64,000 nucleotides of DNA. It comes from Saccostrea echinata. Lineage: Eukaryota. The notes below the pieces were generated by a model. It was not told where the DNA came from. It saw nothing but the letters and a program-made list of their open reading frames with translations, and searched no databases. Position numbers and translations under genes: made by a program. The stretch spans positions 14,508,001-14,572,000 of the forward strand of contig NW_026889803.1 in assembly GCF_033153115.1 (NCBI RefSeq). Reading direction: 5' to 3'. The stretch's first letter is position 1. Each line of letters begins with the position of its first letter. Positions 1-10,975 of this stretch are shown piece after piece.

Positions 1-875
1 TTTACATAAGTACCTGCTGACCTTCACCTTTTTATTGTGGCTTCCGTAGAATAAAGAGCCCCAAAAGTTAGTTTTTTTATTCTACCACATTGATAATAAC
101 GCAAAAAATACATATTGTATATGAGATTTCATGCCAAATTGGTACATGTACATTAAAATGTTTCTTTCTTTTAATAAGCAAAAGAAATATATAAATTATT
201 AAGTGATAAGTACAGTATTAGTTCTTGAAATTCATCATATTTATTATTGACGGGAAGGAGGGATTGATGATAAAAACAACGTGAATTTAGTTTTTTGTCA
301 GACATTGAATTTTGATCTTGCCCCTTTAAGACGATAAAATTGAACTGGTATTCCTTGTTAACAGGCAAGGAATTATCAAAATATGGACGTTAGAGCCTAA
401 CTAATGGTATCATATCGACATTATTAATTCGGAATATATTAAACTAATGGGATTATTGCTTTGCATTTTTTATTGCGACAAATATTAGGTAAACATTATC
501 ATAATTTTAACATAGTCAAGAAAGCTTCAACAGGGCTGTTAAATCAGCCAGAGTATATCATTTTTTTCTGATCTCCTTGTACAAGTTGACAAAATTTTGA
601 CGTCATATACATTCCATTTGAAGATGACACTAATTCTATTTTGCAATTTTAATAACACAACATGAAGGCGGTCATAAGTTTCCGTATATTTGTTTTCGGT
701 CTTTTCAATAAACAATACTAATCAAAGGCATAACACAAAAAACTAGTATGCTTTTGTTCCATAAAATCTTTATCACGCACACTTCAAACAAATTTGATCG
801 ACTCGCTTCTGTATATTTCCTATAAATAATGGTCTATTCTGTACTTAGATATATCAACTCTTTAGATCAATTTTT

Positions 876-1437
876 ATCTCGTTATAAAGAGATAATTATC
901 TCGTTATAGCGAGATAACCAACTCGTTAAAACGAGATAACTAACTCGTTAAAACGAGATATTAACTCATTATAACGAGATAACTAACTCGTTATAACGAT
1001 ATAATTATCTCATTATAACGAGATAACTAGCTCGTTATAACGAGATAACTAACTCGTTATAACGATTTTACTAACTCGTTATAGCGAGATAACTTACTCG
1101 TTATAACGAGATATTAACTCATTATAACGAGATAACTAACTCGTTATAACGATATAATTATCTCATTATAACGAGATAACTAGCTCGTTATAACGAGATA
1201 ACTAACTCGTTATAACGATTTTACTAACTCGTTATAGCGAGATAACTTACTCGTTATAACGAGATACTAACTCGCTATAACGAGATAACTAACTCGTTAT
1301 AACGAGATAATTATCACGTTATAACGAGATAACTAACTCGTAATACCGAAATACTAAGTCGTTATACCGAGATACTAACTCGTTATAACGAGATACTAAC
1401 TCGTTATTACGAGATAATTATCTCGTTATAACGAGTT
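876..1437. repeat. Minisatellite of ~26 x 21-22 bp units (CTCGTTATAACGAGATAACTAA), each with a 14-bp palindrome; probably the internal array of a non-autonomous DNA element
   Basis: Unit repeats directly visible; core CTCGTTATAACGAG is self-complementary; 955-1107 and 1108-1260 are identical 153-bp (7-unit) blocks. Confidence 0.95.
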
Positions 1438-3488
1438 AATTTTTTTTTTTTTTGTCTTGTCAAAAATGAGCCTATCCGGCTTTCGTACTGAATAGATTGC
1501 AATGAATGTTAAAAATAAGGTCTTTTATCCTATATAAAAAGAAGTCAAACAACTTCTCGCAAAGAAATGCATGGATCTCCTTTCATGCTAATTCATAAGC
1601 GTGTCGCTTAAAATCGATTAACTTCCGTAACGATTTTGTTTTAAATTTCACGCTTATAATGCAGATTTCAAAAAGAACTGAAACTTATCTGAAAGTGACC
1701 ACGGAACCTTATATCATCGATTCTAGTTGCGAGTCAGCTTTTTTAGACGATTACATTATCGACATAACAAAATGATTTAGACAAAAACATTTGTCTCTCT
1801 TAAAAATTTAACTTTCGTAACGGTAATTCAGGAAAATTTTTGCATTATAGGTATAATTTTTTTTATTATTTTGGGAGCGAAATGCTTCATACTTTTGTTT
1901 AATATCCTAAAACAGACTTTGATTTTAACTATTGAAGAGAATTTTAACTTTTATTGCTGGGAATTAACTTCCGTATTGATATTTTTCCCCAAAAATTAAT
2001 TTAAATTCGGATTCATGCGAGACTTCATGAATCATACTTTAGCGTTCTTTACTGAACATCAGAAACAAAAAATTAGTCAAATTCAGCTTTATTTAAAAAA
2101 TAATAAGGCTTGATCAAGCATTAACTTCCGTAACATTACCTTAAAATCAATGGTATCTTGAAATTGTTGTAAAAAGGTAACGATATTAGATTTGTGTACA
2201 ATTCTTTGTTTTCAAGTTCACTGATATGTCCTTTAGAGAATTATGATGTTCATTTTGCCATTTGAAACAATTAATTTTTTTTCATGTTTTTTACTCTGAA
2301 TTGGTCCATTTATCGTAGAATGGCTGTTAAACGATGAAGGCGAGGAAGACGTAAATTGGAGGAAGGAGTATTTCCTCTGAAAAACAAAACAACTGATTCC
2401 CACATTCCCTTGCAGGCAAATAATTCAAAAACTTTTTTGGACGCGGGGGGGGGGGGGGGGGAGATGGAAGGCTTATATAAGTCAAAAAGTGGGGGGGGGG
2501 GGGTTATCTATATCTGTAAGGAAGACTATTTTTAAGGGAGGGTTGTAACACACCAAAACAAAACAAAAAAAAAACAAAACAAAAAACCCCACAAAATAAA
2601 AACTTTAAGTAGGATCTTGGGTAACATTTGTTGGTACATGCACGTTTACTAGAAATATTACTGATCGTATTTACATTTTTTTTTTTCTTTACAGAAAACA
2701 TTTTTCTGAAACACCCTCCTTTATAATTAGAATTTACTTCATTACACTCTTTGATTTCAGACCAGATATGAATTTATTATTTGAAATACTAACATAAGAG
2801 GCCCATGGTCATGTACTCACCTGACATGTGCATTTTATGCTCAGTTTTATACATGTATATACATATCTTATGTAAATTACAGAATAACTTTTTTAGCTTC
2901 TTCACTACCCAGGTACAAGGAAATTAGCTTACATTGAAAGGCAAACACTCTAGTTTTAATTTGGTACTACTTAGTGTTTATTCTGAAACCTTTCTCTTAT
3001 TGCAAATTTTCCTCTTGGATAAAAATTTCATTGTATTAAATCCATTAATATTATTGCATGGTGTGTCATTCATCGGTTTATTAGCATTTGATTTGCTATG
3101 AGGGAGCAAGAAATTGTTGGTGGGATTGGTTTGCGTTTTTTAAACAAGAGGCCCCTTGACTACAAACTTACATGTCATTGTCACCTTGGCACTGCTGTTC
3201 TACAGAAAATTTAAAAAAAAACAACAAAAAAAAAAAACGATACCTCTTTATCCATATTAAAAAGGTTCATGACATATTGTGGAATAATTAAATTCGTTTA
3301 TTTCATTAAAATAAATTTTACTTGTTTGCGGCATGTAATTTTGTGAGTTACTCGTTTAAACGGTAAATTCAATGAATCAATGTTTACAAAATAAACATTC
3401 TTGGGCATGTAAAATTCGTGGTTAAGGGTTACTCAAGGAATCCACGAAAATTGGTCCTCCGTGAACGATGATATTCCACAGTAACTGA

Positions 3489-3521
<33 letters not shown>

Positions 3522-3865
3522 CTGAGGTGTCAAATGTTTGATGATGAGGCCATCTTTAAAAAATTGTTTCCTTTCTCCCGATCAACTGACTAAAATGGCC
3601 CTACTCAAAATTTTATACAACCTCCAGGTAATAATAATTTGTTTTTTCTTTTTTATTCCTGAATTTTCTCATCCAGTCAATATGTGTTGAAATTTTGTAT
3701 GAAAAAAAAAATCTCCCACCTACCTAAGAACCCAAATTTTTTTTACCCTGAGTCAGGAGAGGGCAAACAAAAATTACACGTCTTTTAAACATATGCATGG
3801 CCTGACCAAAAAAATAAAATTAAGTACATGTACATAAAACCTTCATAAACTTCTGAAGAATATAT

Positions 3866-4622
3866 TGTTACGTTCCGATAAGTTTACCTGTGAAATTCGG
3901 ATTAACTGTTGTTGACAAGTTCCGAATAAACGGACCCTGAACCCGATGTATATAAACTACTAAAATATTTGTCAATGAACAATGAACGAAAGAATTGAAC
4001 AATGATTTATTATTTGAACTTTATCAATTTGATTTATGTATTGTAATTACAAAGCGTTATGTTGTATATGTTCTATATAGGTACAACGTTATTAAGTAAT
4101 TTTAGTGGTCAAAACCCGCTAACTTACAAATTAGATATTGATTGTGACGTTATTGGTATCTGACGTTTATACGTCATCATAACAACTTTTGTCTATAAAA
4201 GACAGCTGTTTTGTGTTTAGAAGTCAGTCTGCATTGGGTTGCGACTCCGTATACTTCGGGTGTAAGACAGTGGTATGTACAAACAGTACCAAGTCTATGT
4301 ATACGAAATCATTAGTGAAGAGTCATTCAGAGTAGAAACGTCCTGGATTGACCATTGGTTCGTCATCTTTGTATTAACCAAATAACGTTGTACCATTGAA
4401 TAATTGAACCATTTGATCGTCTTAATAAATATCATAAACTTTACAACGTGTTATTCGTCACGGTTCTAGTGCAGATATTATAGTAGACCAAAAATTGGTC
4501 ATTATTCCGATTGTATATAAACTTTGTGGATAACCATTTCAACCTTGACCAGTTACCAGAAACCAATAGCGGCCCACGATTAACTGATTAAGTAATAACC
4601 TTATACCCTCGGTTTCGTTACA
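3866..4622 (+). repeat. 5' LTR (757 bp)
   Basis: Starts TGTTACG, ends CGTTACA; TATAAAA at 4194-4200 preceded by three ACGT (CRE-like) cores; AATAAA at 4424-4429; no mismatch to the 3' LTR seen by eye. Confidence 0.97.
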
Positions 4623-4623
4623 T

Positions 4624-4641
4624 TGGTGGCAGCGGTGGGAT
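4624..4641 (+). other. Primer-binding site, tRNA-Leu type
   Basis: TGGTGGCAGCGGTGGGAT 1 nt after the LTR; complementary to the ...ATCCCACCGCTGCCA-CCA 3' end of animal tRNA-Leu (AAG/TAG family). Confidence 0.88.
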
Positions 4642-4679
4642 CCGCTGTTTAAGAAAATTGTGACACTTAAAAAAAAATA

Positions 4680-6011
4680 ATGATGTCGAGGAACGACGAA
4701 GTTATGGAGGAAAATGACCATATTTCAGGACCACAAGAGCATCAATTTATCGAAGGTACTCCAAGCAGAGAAGTGCTTTTGCGGGTTAATAACAACGACC
4801 AAATAGGAGATGGCAGCGGAATAAATTCATGTACACAAGACAGTTTACAAACAATTCTAAATGAATTAAAAACTTTGAAGTCGCAAATGAATTTATTACA
4901 AAATCAAGTGAGACCAACATGTGCTGACAGCCAACATGTAGACCAAAACAATGTGCGATTTTGTACCAATACCACGTCTGAAGAGGACCAAATACTGAAA
5001 CAACATCGACCATATAGAAATACATCTCTACAAAATTCATATGACGAATCTCGTGATTATGAAGATTCAAGAACAAGTTGGTCGAACCCGATGGTATCAC
5101 GCAGCTTTACTAACAACGCTAGAACCAACGAATTTCAGCCGACCATGCGCAGCTTTGAGTACGATGTACCAAATTATGGTCACACAAGACAAGTCCATGA
5201 CCACAGATTCAGGCGAACACCAGAACCAAAAGGGAGAAAACCAGCAACATTTGATGGTGCCATGAACTGGAACGACTACATAGTTCATTTTGACATGATC
5301 GCCCAATTAAACTACTGGGATGAGGAAACAAAGGCATTAGAGTTGGCTACTAGTCTACGCGGCCCGGCATTAAGCGTGTTGAGTGATCTACGACCAGAAT
5401 ATCGATATAATTTTCGCCACCTTGTTTCCGCACTTTCAGCGAGATTTGACCCAGAAAATCAAACAGAGGTATACAAGACACAACTAAAGAGCCGAATACG
5501 GAAGAAAAACGAAACTATCACAGAATTAATGCAAGACATAAAGCGACTCGTGAGGATGTCGTACCCGAACGCACCCTTAGGTTTCCGTGACCAAATAACT
5601 AAAGATTCGATCATCGAAAGTTTAAATGACCAAGAAATGGAATGGGCAGTGTTTCAAGGAAGACCTAAAAACCTAGAAGATGCAGTGCGACTGGCATTGG
5701 AATTTGAGGCCTTTCAACAAGCACGGGGGAGGCAAAATAAAGTTGCAGTACGTATGCAGAGAGAGGAACCAATGTACATAGACGGAAACGAGGATTATAC
5801 ACATCAAGTAGCTATGATCAGTCAAAACAAAGATAAGAAATTTTACAAGAAAGGTCCCTGTTTCTACTGCAAGAAAGATGGTCACATCAAAAGTGAATGT
5901 AGATTGCTACAACGACACCTCAAAGACGAAAAACAGAGAAACCAAAGAAAACCAGATTACGCGGAAAACGTGACGACCAAGGAACCCGAGAACCAGGGAA
6001 ACGCACTGTAG
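4680..6011 (+). CDS. gag: Gag (443 aa): N-terminal coiled coil/low-complexity region, retrotransposon capsid, CCHC zinc knuckle
   Basis: KPATFDG..W..Y..HF...AQLN.W capsid motif; CFYCKKDGHIKSEC knuckle; starts just after the PBS. Confidence 0.93.
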   Translation: MMSRNDEVMEENDHISGPQEHQFIEGTPSREVLLRVNNNDQIGDGSGINSCTQDSLQTILNELKTLKSQMNLLQNQVRPTCADSQHVDQNNVRFCTNTTSEEDQILKQHRPYRNTSLQNSYDESRDYEDSRTSWSNPMVSRSFTNNARTNEFQPTMRSFEYDVPNYGHTRQVHDHRFRRTPEPKGRKPATFDGAMNWNDYIVHFDMIAQLNYWDEETKALELATSLRGPALSVLSDLRPEYRYNFRHLVSALSARFDPENQTEVYKTQLKSRIRKKNETITELMQDIKRLVRMSYPNAPLGFRDQITKDSIIESLNDQEMEWAVFQGRPKNLEDAVRLALEFEAFQQARGRQNKVAVRMQREEPMYIDGNEDYTHQVAMISQNKDKKFYKKGPCFYCKKDGHIKSECRLLQRHLKDEKQRNQRKPDYAENVTTKEPENQGNAL

Positions 6012-6055
6012 TTGACGTCGGCGGCCTAACGTCAACTACACAACAGAAAGGGCCA
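5996..6055 (+). other. -1 programmed ribosomal frameshift signal (G GGA AAC + stem-loop/pseudoknot)
   Basis: Slippery heptamer at 5996-6002 in the correct gag phase; perfect 12-bp stem 6007-6018/6029-6040; -1 frame open from 6002 into pol. Confidence 0.88.
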
Positions 6056-7957
6056 CATGTTTTTGAAATAAAGGGTTTCAATAATAACTCATTAACAATT
6101 GATGTGTTTGTTAACAATGTTAAAATTAACTGTATTATTGACACTGGCTCAGCTATCACAGTTATTCACCCAAAGAAATATTACGAGATAGATAGATGTG
6201 TACGACCTAAATTGTCACCAAACCATAATAACTTACGAATGGCAAACGGTGAACTAGTGGTACCAGAAGGTCAGACAATACTTCAGATTCGTGTCAATGG
6301 GGAAATTATACAACATAGAGTGATCGTCGCTGACGTTGAAGCACAGATGATCTTGGGTTTTGATTTTCTTAAAGAGCATAACTGTCAGTTAAATTTGGGT
6401 GAAGGAACTCTTATCTTGGGAAACAAGAAATTATCATGTGACCTTAACATTGAACAAAGTCATGTGTTCCAAATTTCCGTACAAGGAGCTTTACTACATG
6501 ATAATAGTGATGGACTAAATCATCAACTATGTGAACCTTGTGATAAGAAGGAGATAAACGACCAGACCAAAGAGGACGATGATAATCTAGTATTAAAGTT
6601 AAAAGAAGACCAAACCGACACTCGAAATTGGTACATGACAAAGACAAAAGAAGACCTACAAAAGGAGCAGAATGCAGATCCAATATTAGCGAAAATAATA
6701 AAGTGGAAGACAGAGGACAACAGACCAAATTGGCAGATAATAGCAAACGAACCAAAAGAGCTAAAGACATATTGGTCACAATGGAATCGACTGACATTAA
6801 GGAATGGAGTACTCTTCAGGACATGGGAAGAAAATGAGCAAACGTTTTACCAGATGGTGGTACCAAAAGCACGTGTAAAAGAAATACTTAAGTTGTTACA
6901 TCACAATCCTACGGGTGGACATTTGGGAATCTCCAAAACTACCGAGAAAATAAGAGAAAGGTTCTACTGGGCATCTTACAAAAACGATGTTGAGAAGCAT
7001 ATCAGAGGTTGTACCTTTTGTGAAGCAAGGAAGAATACAGCAAGTGCAGCCAGAGGAAAACTGGGTCAGTATTTAGTTAGGAAACCACTGGAACGAGTGG
7101 CCATTGACATCCTTGGTCCTTTACCACGGACTAAGAAGGGTAACAAGTATGTTGTTATCATTTCGGATTATTTCACCAGATGGATAAAAACTTATCCGGT
7201 CAAAAACCAAGAGGCAATAACCATTGCAAAGGTTTTTGTAGATGAATTTATTTCAAGGTATGGAGTCCCACTCCAGGTTCATACTGGCCAAGGCAAACAG
7301 TTTGAGTCGAAGTTGTTTCAAGACTTGTGTAAGATGTTACAAATAAAGAAAAGAAGAAAAACCCCATTCAATCTGAAGAGTGATGACCTAGTAGAGAGAT
7401 TCAATCGAACGCTAGAAGATATGATAAGCAAGTATGTACAACCTAACCAAAAGAATTGGGACGAAGTTTTGCCATTTCTGATGCTTGCCTACCGATCATC
7501 AGTTCAAGAGACCACAGGATACAGTCCAGCAAGATTAAACTCTGGAACAGAGATAAAAGTACCTATTGACCTTGTTTATGGTCACAATCTATGGGAAACT
7601 TGTCCTGAAATCTGCCATAAGTTCGTCGACAAGATGAAAACCAACTTAGAGGACATCCATGAGAAAGCCAGCAGAAAAATGATACTCGCGAACGAGAACC
7701 AGAAACGAAAATATGACACCAAGGCAAACCAGATTCAGTACACCCCAGGACAACATGTGTGGATTGCATCAAAATCAAGGACCAAAGGAAGATGTCCCAA
7801 ACTTCAGGTTCATTGGAATGGACCCTATGTAGTGTTACGTGCTGTGTCCGATTTGATATACAAAGTGAAAAAGTCTAAAGCCGAGAAACCAAAATATGTG
7901 CATCATGACCAGATGAAGCTGTTCCGTTGTGAAGCAGATGAGAATCTATCTCTGTAA
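6002..7957 (+). CDS. pol: Internally deleted Pol: aspartic protease fused in frame to a degenerate integrase; expressed by -1 frameshift
   Basis: IIDTGS (D at 6140); LHHNPTGGH...CTFC zinc finger; AIDILGP (D at 7106), HTGQG (expected D replaced by G at 7286), VERFN (E at 7394, 35-residue spacing); WNGPY module. Confidence 0.92.
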   Translation, partial: RTVVDVGGLTSTTQQKGPHVFEIKGFNNNSLTIDVFVNNVKINCIIDTGSAITVIHPKKYYEIDRCVRPKLSPNHNNLRMANGELVVPEGQTILQIRVNGEIIQHRVIVADVEAQMILGFDFLKEHNCQLNLGEGTLILGNKKLSCDLNIEQSHVFQISVQGALLHDNSDGLNHQLCEPCDKKEINDQTKEDDDNLVLKLKEDQTDTRNWYMTKTKEDLQKEQNADPILAKIIKWKTEDNRPNWQIIANEPKELKTYWSQWNRLTLRNGVLFRTWEENEQTFYQMVVPKARVKEILKLLHHNPTGGHLGISKTTEKIRERFYWASYKNDVEKHIRGCTFCEARKNTASAARGKLGQYLVRKPLERVAIDILGPLPRTKKGNKYVVIISDYFTRWIKTYPVKNQEAITIAKVFVDEFISRYGVPLQVHTGQGKQFESKLFQDLCKMLQIKKRRKTPFNLKSDDLVERFNRTLEDMISKYVQPNQKNWDEVLPFLMLAYRSSVQETTGYSPARLNSGTEIKVPIDLVYGHNLWETCPEICHKFVDKMKTNLEDIHEKASRKMILANENQKRKYDTKANQIQYTPGQHVWIASKSRTKGRCPKLQVHWNGPYVVLRAVSDLIYKVKKSKAEKPKYVHHDQMKLFRCEADENLSL

Positions 7958-8028
7958 CGTGCATCTCTAAAAGATATAAAAAAAATTCTTGATTGACTAA
8001 GCACCCCGAAACGAGGACGTTTCGACTT

Positions 8029-8038
8029 AAGAGGGGGG
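8029..8038 (+). other. Polypurine tract
   Basis: AAGAGGGGGG 3 nt before the 3' LTR. Confidence 0.85.
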
Positions 8039-8041
8039 TAT

Positions 8042-8798
8042 TGTTACGTTCCGATAAGTTTACCTGTGAAATTCGGATTAACTGTTGTTGACAAGTTCCG
8101 AATAAACGGACCCTGAACCCGATGTATATAAACTACTAAAATATTTGTCAATGAACAATGAACGAAAGAATTGAACAATGATTTATTATTTGAACTTTAT
8201 CAATTTGATTTATGTATTGTAATTACAAAGCGTTATGTTGTATATGTTCTATATAGGTACAACGTTATTAAGTAATTTTAGTGGTCAAAACCCGCTAACT
8301 TACAAATTAGATATTGATTGTGACGTTATTGGTATCTGACGTTTATACGTCATCATAACAACTTTTGTCTATAAAAGACAGCTGTTTTGTGTTTAGAAGT
8401 CAGTCTGCATTGGGTTGCGACTCCGTATACTTCGGGTGTAAGACAGTGGTATGTACAAACAGTACCAAGTCTATGTATACGAAATCATTAGTGAAGAGTC
8501 ATTCAGAGTAGAAACGTCCTGGATTGACCATTGGTTCGTCATCTTTGTATTAACCAAATAACGTTGTACCATTGAATAATTGAACCATTTGATCGTCTTA
8601 ATAAATATCATAAACTTTACAACGTGTTATTCGTCACGGTTCTAGTGCAGATATTATAGTAGACCAAAAATTGGTCATTATTCCGATTGTATATAAACTT
8701 TGTGGATAACCATTTCAACCTTGACCAGTTACCAGAAACCAATAGCGGCCCACGATTAACTGATTAAGTAATAACCTTATACCCTCGGTTTCGTTACA
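8042..8798 (+). repeat. 3' LTR (757 bp)
   Basis: Direct repeat of 3866-4622, followed by TSD ATAT. Confidence 0.97.
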
Positions 8799-10975
8799 AT
8801 ATCAAATACCAGTATAAAGGGAATGTTTTTATTTACAAATTTAATTTACATGTGCAAAACATGTGATTGATTCCAGGTATATCACAGTGTATACAAATCT
8901 TTGTAAAAAGAGGGAATTGTGCAAAAAAAATAAGCTTGAGTCACTTTGAGTCTGTCTTGTTATCTTTCCTCAGATCTTCCATTTTCTTCATTAAACTCTC
9001 CCATGACTGTTTGTTCACCCTTGGCACCTTCAATCATAAAATTAAAAACTATTACATATTTTCATACCTGTTCATTATGGTTTACAAATATAATTATGCG
9101 AGATGGTCTGCTCGTGAAAATTTCATTCTCGATTATATTTTCTTCAGTATAGTTTATATACAATAATACCAGGAATTTGTGAAAATTTTGTCTCCAATCT
9201 AAATACCAAATACCTAGCTATCTCGCGAAAATAAGGTTTCACGAAATTTTTGTGACCTACAGTACCCTAAGTACTTACATCATAATTTTGGTCAATATAA
9301 ATCCCTATCACCACACCTGCACCAACAATTCCCTGAAAAAAAAGGAAGTAAAATAAGCAATTATTTACAAATCCTCAGTACTGTCAGTCTGGTGGATAAT
9401 CATAATTGTAGATTGATTTTTTGACATCAATCTAATATAAGATTGTGTGATATGAGAGAACTGTGAAAATTGCAAACTTAATTAACAAATGCTTTACATC
9501 TTCTCAAACGCAGCAAGACAAGTGAAGTAGGAAGACAACAATGCTGCACATATTTCAGGTACAGCTTTTTCTTTAAGTCACAAACCATATGTAGAAATTA
9601 TGGTACTGAATGGTTAAATTGTGCCTCTTTATTATAATAAAGAAATAATATTGTCAAAGCAATAAATGACATTTACTTTTTTACACAGCACACCTTTGTG
9701 AAGAGTATAAAAAGTAACAGTCACATTGGTATTGATCATACAGTGGGCTGGGCCTCTTCAGATTTGTATAGCTAGATTATGAAAAATACAGCTTGGGACC
9801 TAAAGACTAAACAAAAGGCATTAAGTGGGCCTAGAAAGGAGAGAAAAGTTGTGCACAACTCAAACTGCAAATATATTCTTCTGAAAGTTACAACAAGACT
9901 GACAATTTAATTTCCTGGATAGACCTGAAAGTTCAATGTCACAAATAGGCCCCCCACTGAGAGCCAAACAAACCTCGAAACAAATCAGTTTTCTTTCAGT
10001 GTACGAAGTTCCATTACCTTAACAAGTTAAACTCAAACAATATTCTAATTTCAAATTACTGATTCAGATTTTTCTTTATCGTCTAGACTCTAGTTTACTA
10101 TATGTTGTTTTCGGCAGTTTTCTCACACAGAGAACCTTTTGCACTGCATCCAGAACGTTTGACCTAATCAGCTAATAGTACAGTAGACTTACTTTAACTA
10201 AAAGAACAAAATTGGAAGAGATGTAATAGTTGAATTACAATTAAGCAGGTGTTAACTTAAAAATTTACCAACCAATAGCTTCGCTAATTTAAAAACCATG
10301 TCAGCTTCAAAATTTTTCTCACTTTTAGTCAAAGCGAAAGTACATTGTCGGCGTTCTGGCGAGATTAACTCAAATTCAAACTGATTCGTTCCTTATGAGG
10401 TTCCAGTGGAATTGACAAAGTTTCCCAACCGACGTGCAAAACCGAAACAAAATAACATTTATAAGATTATTTTTAATTTAGAAAAATTACAATTTAAGTT
10501 AATTTTTAGGTTACAGTTAAGTAATGTAATTTCATGCAACATATATTTATTAGTAAATGTACAAGAATCATCACCAAGACCAATTTAATCAGAAAACGGG
10601 CGGAATTTTTTCTCCCTTCCGCATTTGTAATATTATGATTCGCCCTATTATGATTATCATTCGAAAAACAAAGTTTTCATTAACGAATCACCTGATTTCC
10701 ATACATTTAATTTCTTTAATATTGCGCACGTTAATGATAACAATAAAAATTAATTTGGATACATTTGTAATGCATTCTCCAAATAAATAGTTGTACTTCT
10801 ACTAAAGTGACTATAGCTAGAATATAATTAATAATGACCCGTCATCTTTCATTTGATTTAGAATTGAATTTTCATTAAAAACAAACAATAACACATTTTT
10901 TTAAATAATCAAGAAAAAAATATTTTATTGATACATATACACCGATAGAGAAACAATATAAATTTCATATTCCAA

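Larger units (their letters stand above)
3866..8798 (+). mobile_element. Ty3/Gypsy LTR retrotransposon, non-autonomous (gag + protease + integrase-like, no RT/RNase H)
   Basis: 757-bp TG...CA direct repeats at both ends; ATAT at 3862-3865 and 8799-8802 (4-bp TSD); PBS, PPT, gag with CCHC knuckle, DTG protease, HHCC + rve + GPY/F integrase; no YxDD or RT-sized segment. Confidence 0.97.

Noticed and set aside
876-1437. CRISPR-like array of palindromic repeats
   Set aside because: Units are head-to-tail with no unique spacers, there are no cas genes, and the context is eukaryotic
545-2326. Single transposon bounded by CAGCCA...TGGCTG, with recurring TTAACTTCCGTAAC motifs at 1.6-2.1 kb
   Set aside because: The inverted match is only 6 bp with no convincing TSD; likely repeat-derived but boundaries cannot be supported
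3866-8798. Endogenous retrovirus, or domesticated Gag gene
   Set aside because: No env ORF (84 bp between pol stop and 3' LTR); identical LTRs and a TSD indicate a recent mobile insertion rather than domestication
10190-10450. Possible non-coding first exon of a minus-strand gene hosting the LTR element in its intron
   Set aside because: Only a GTAAGT donor and slightly higher CpG content; no coding exons could be linked within the window
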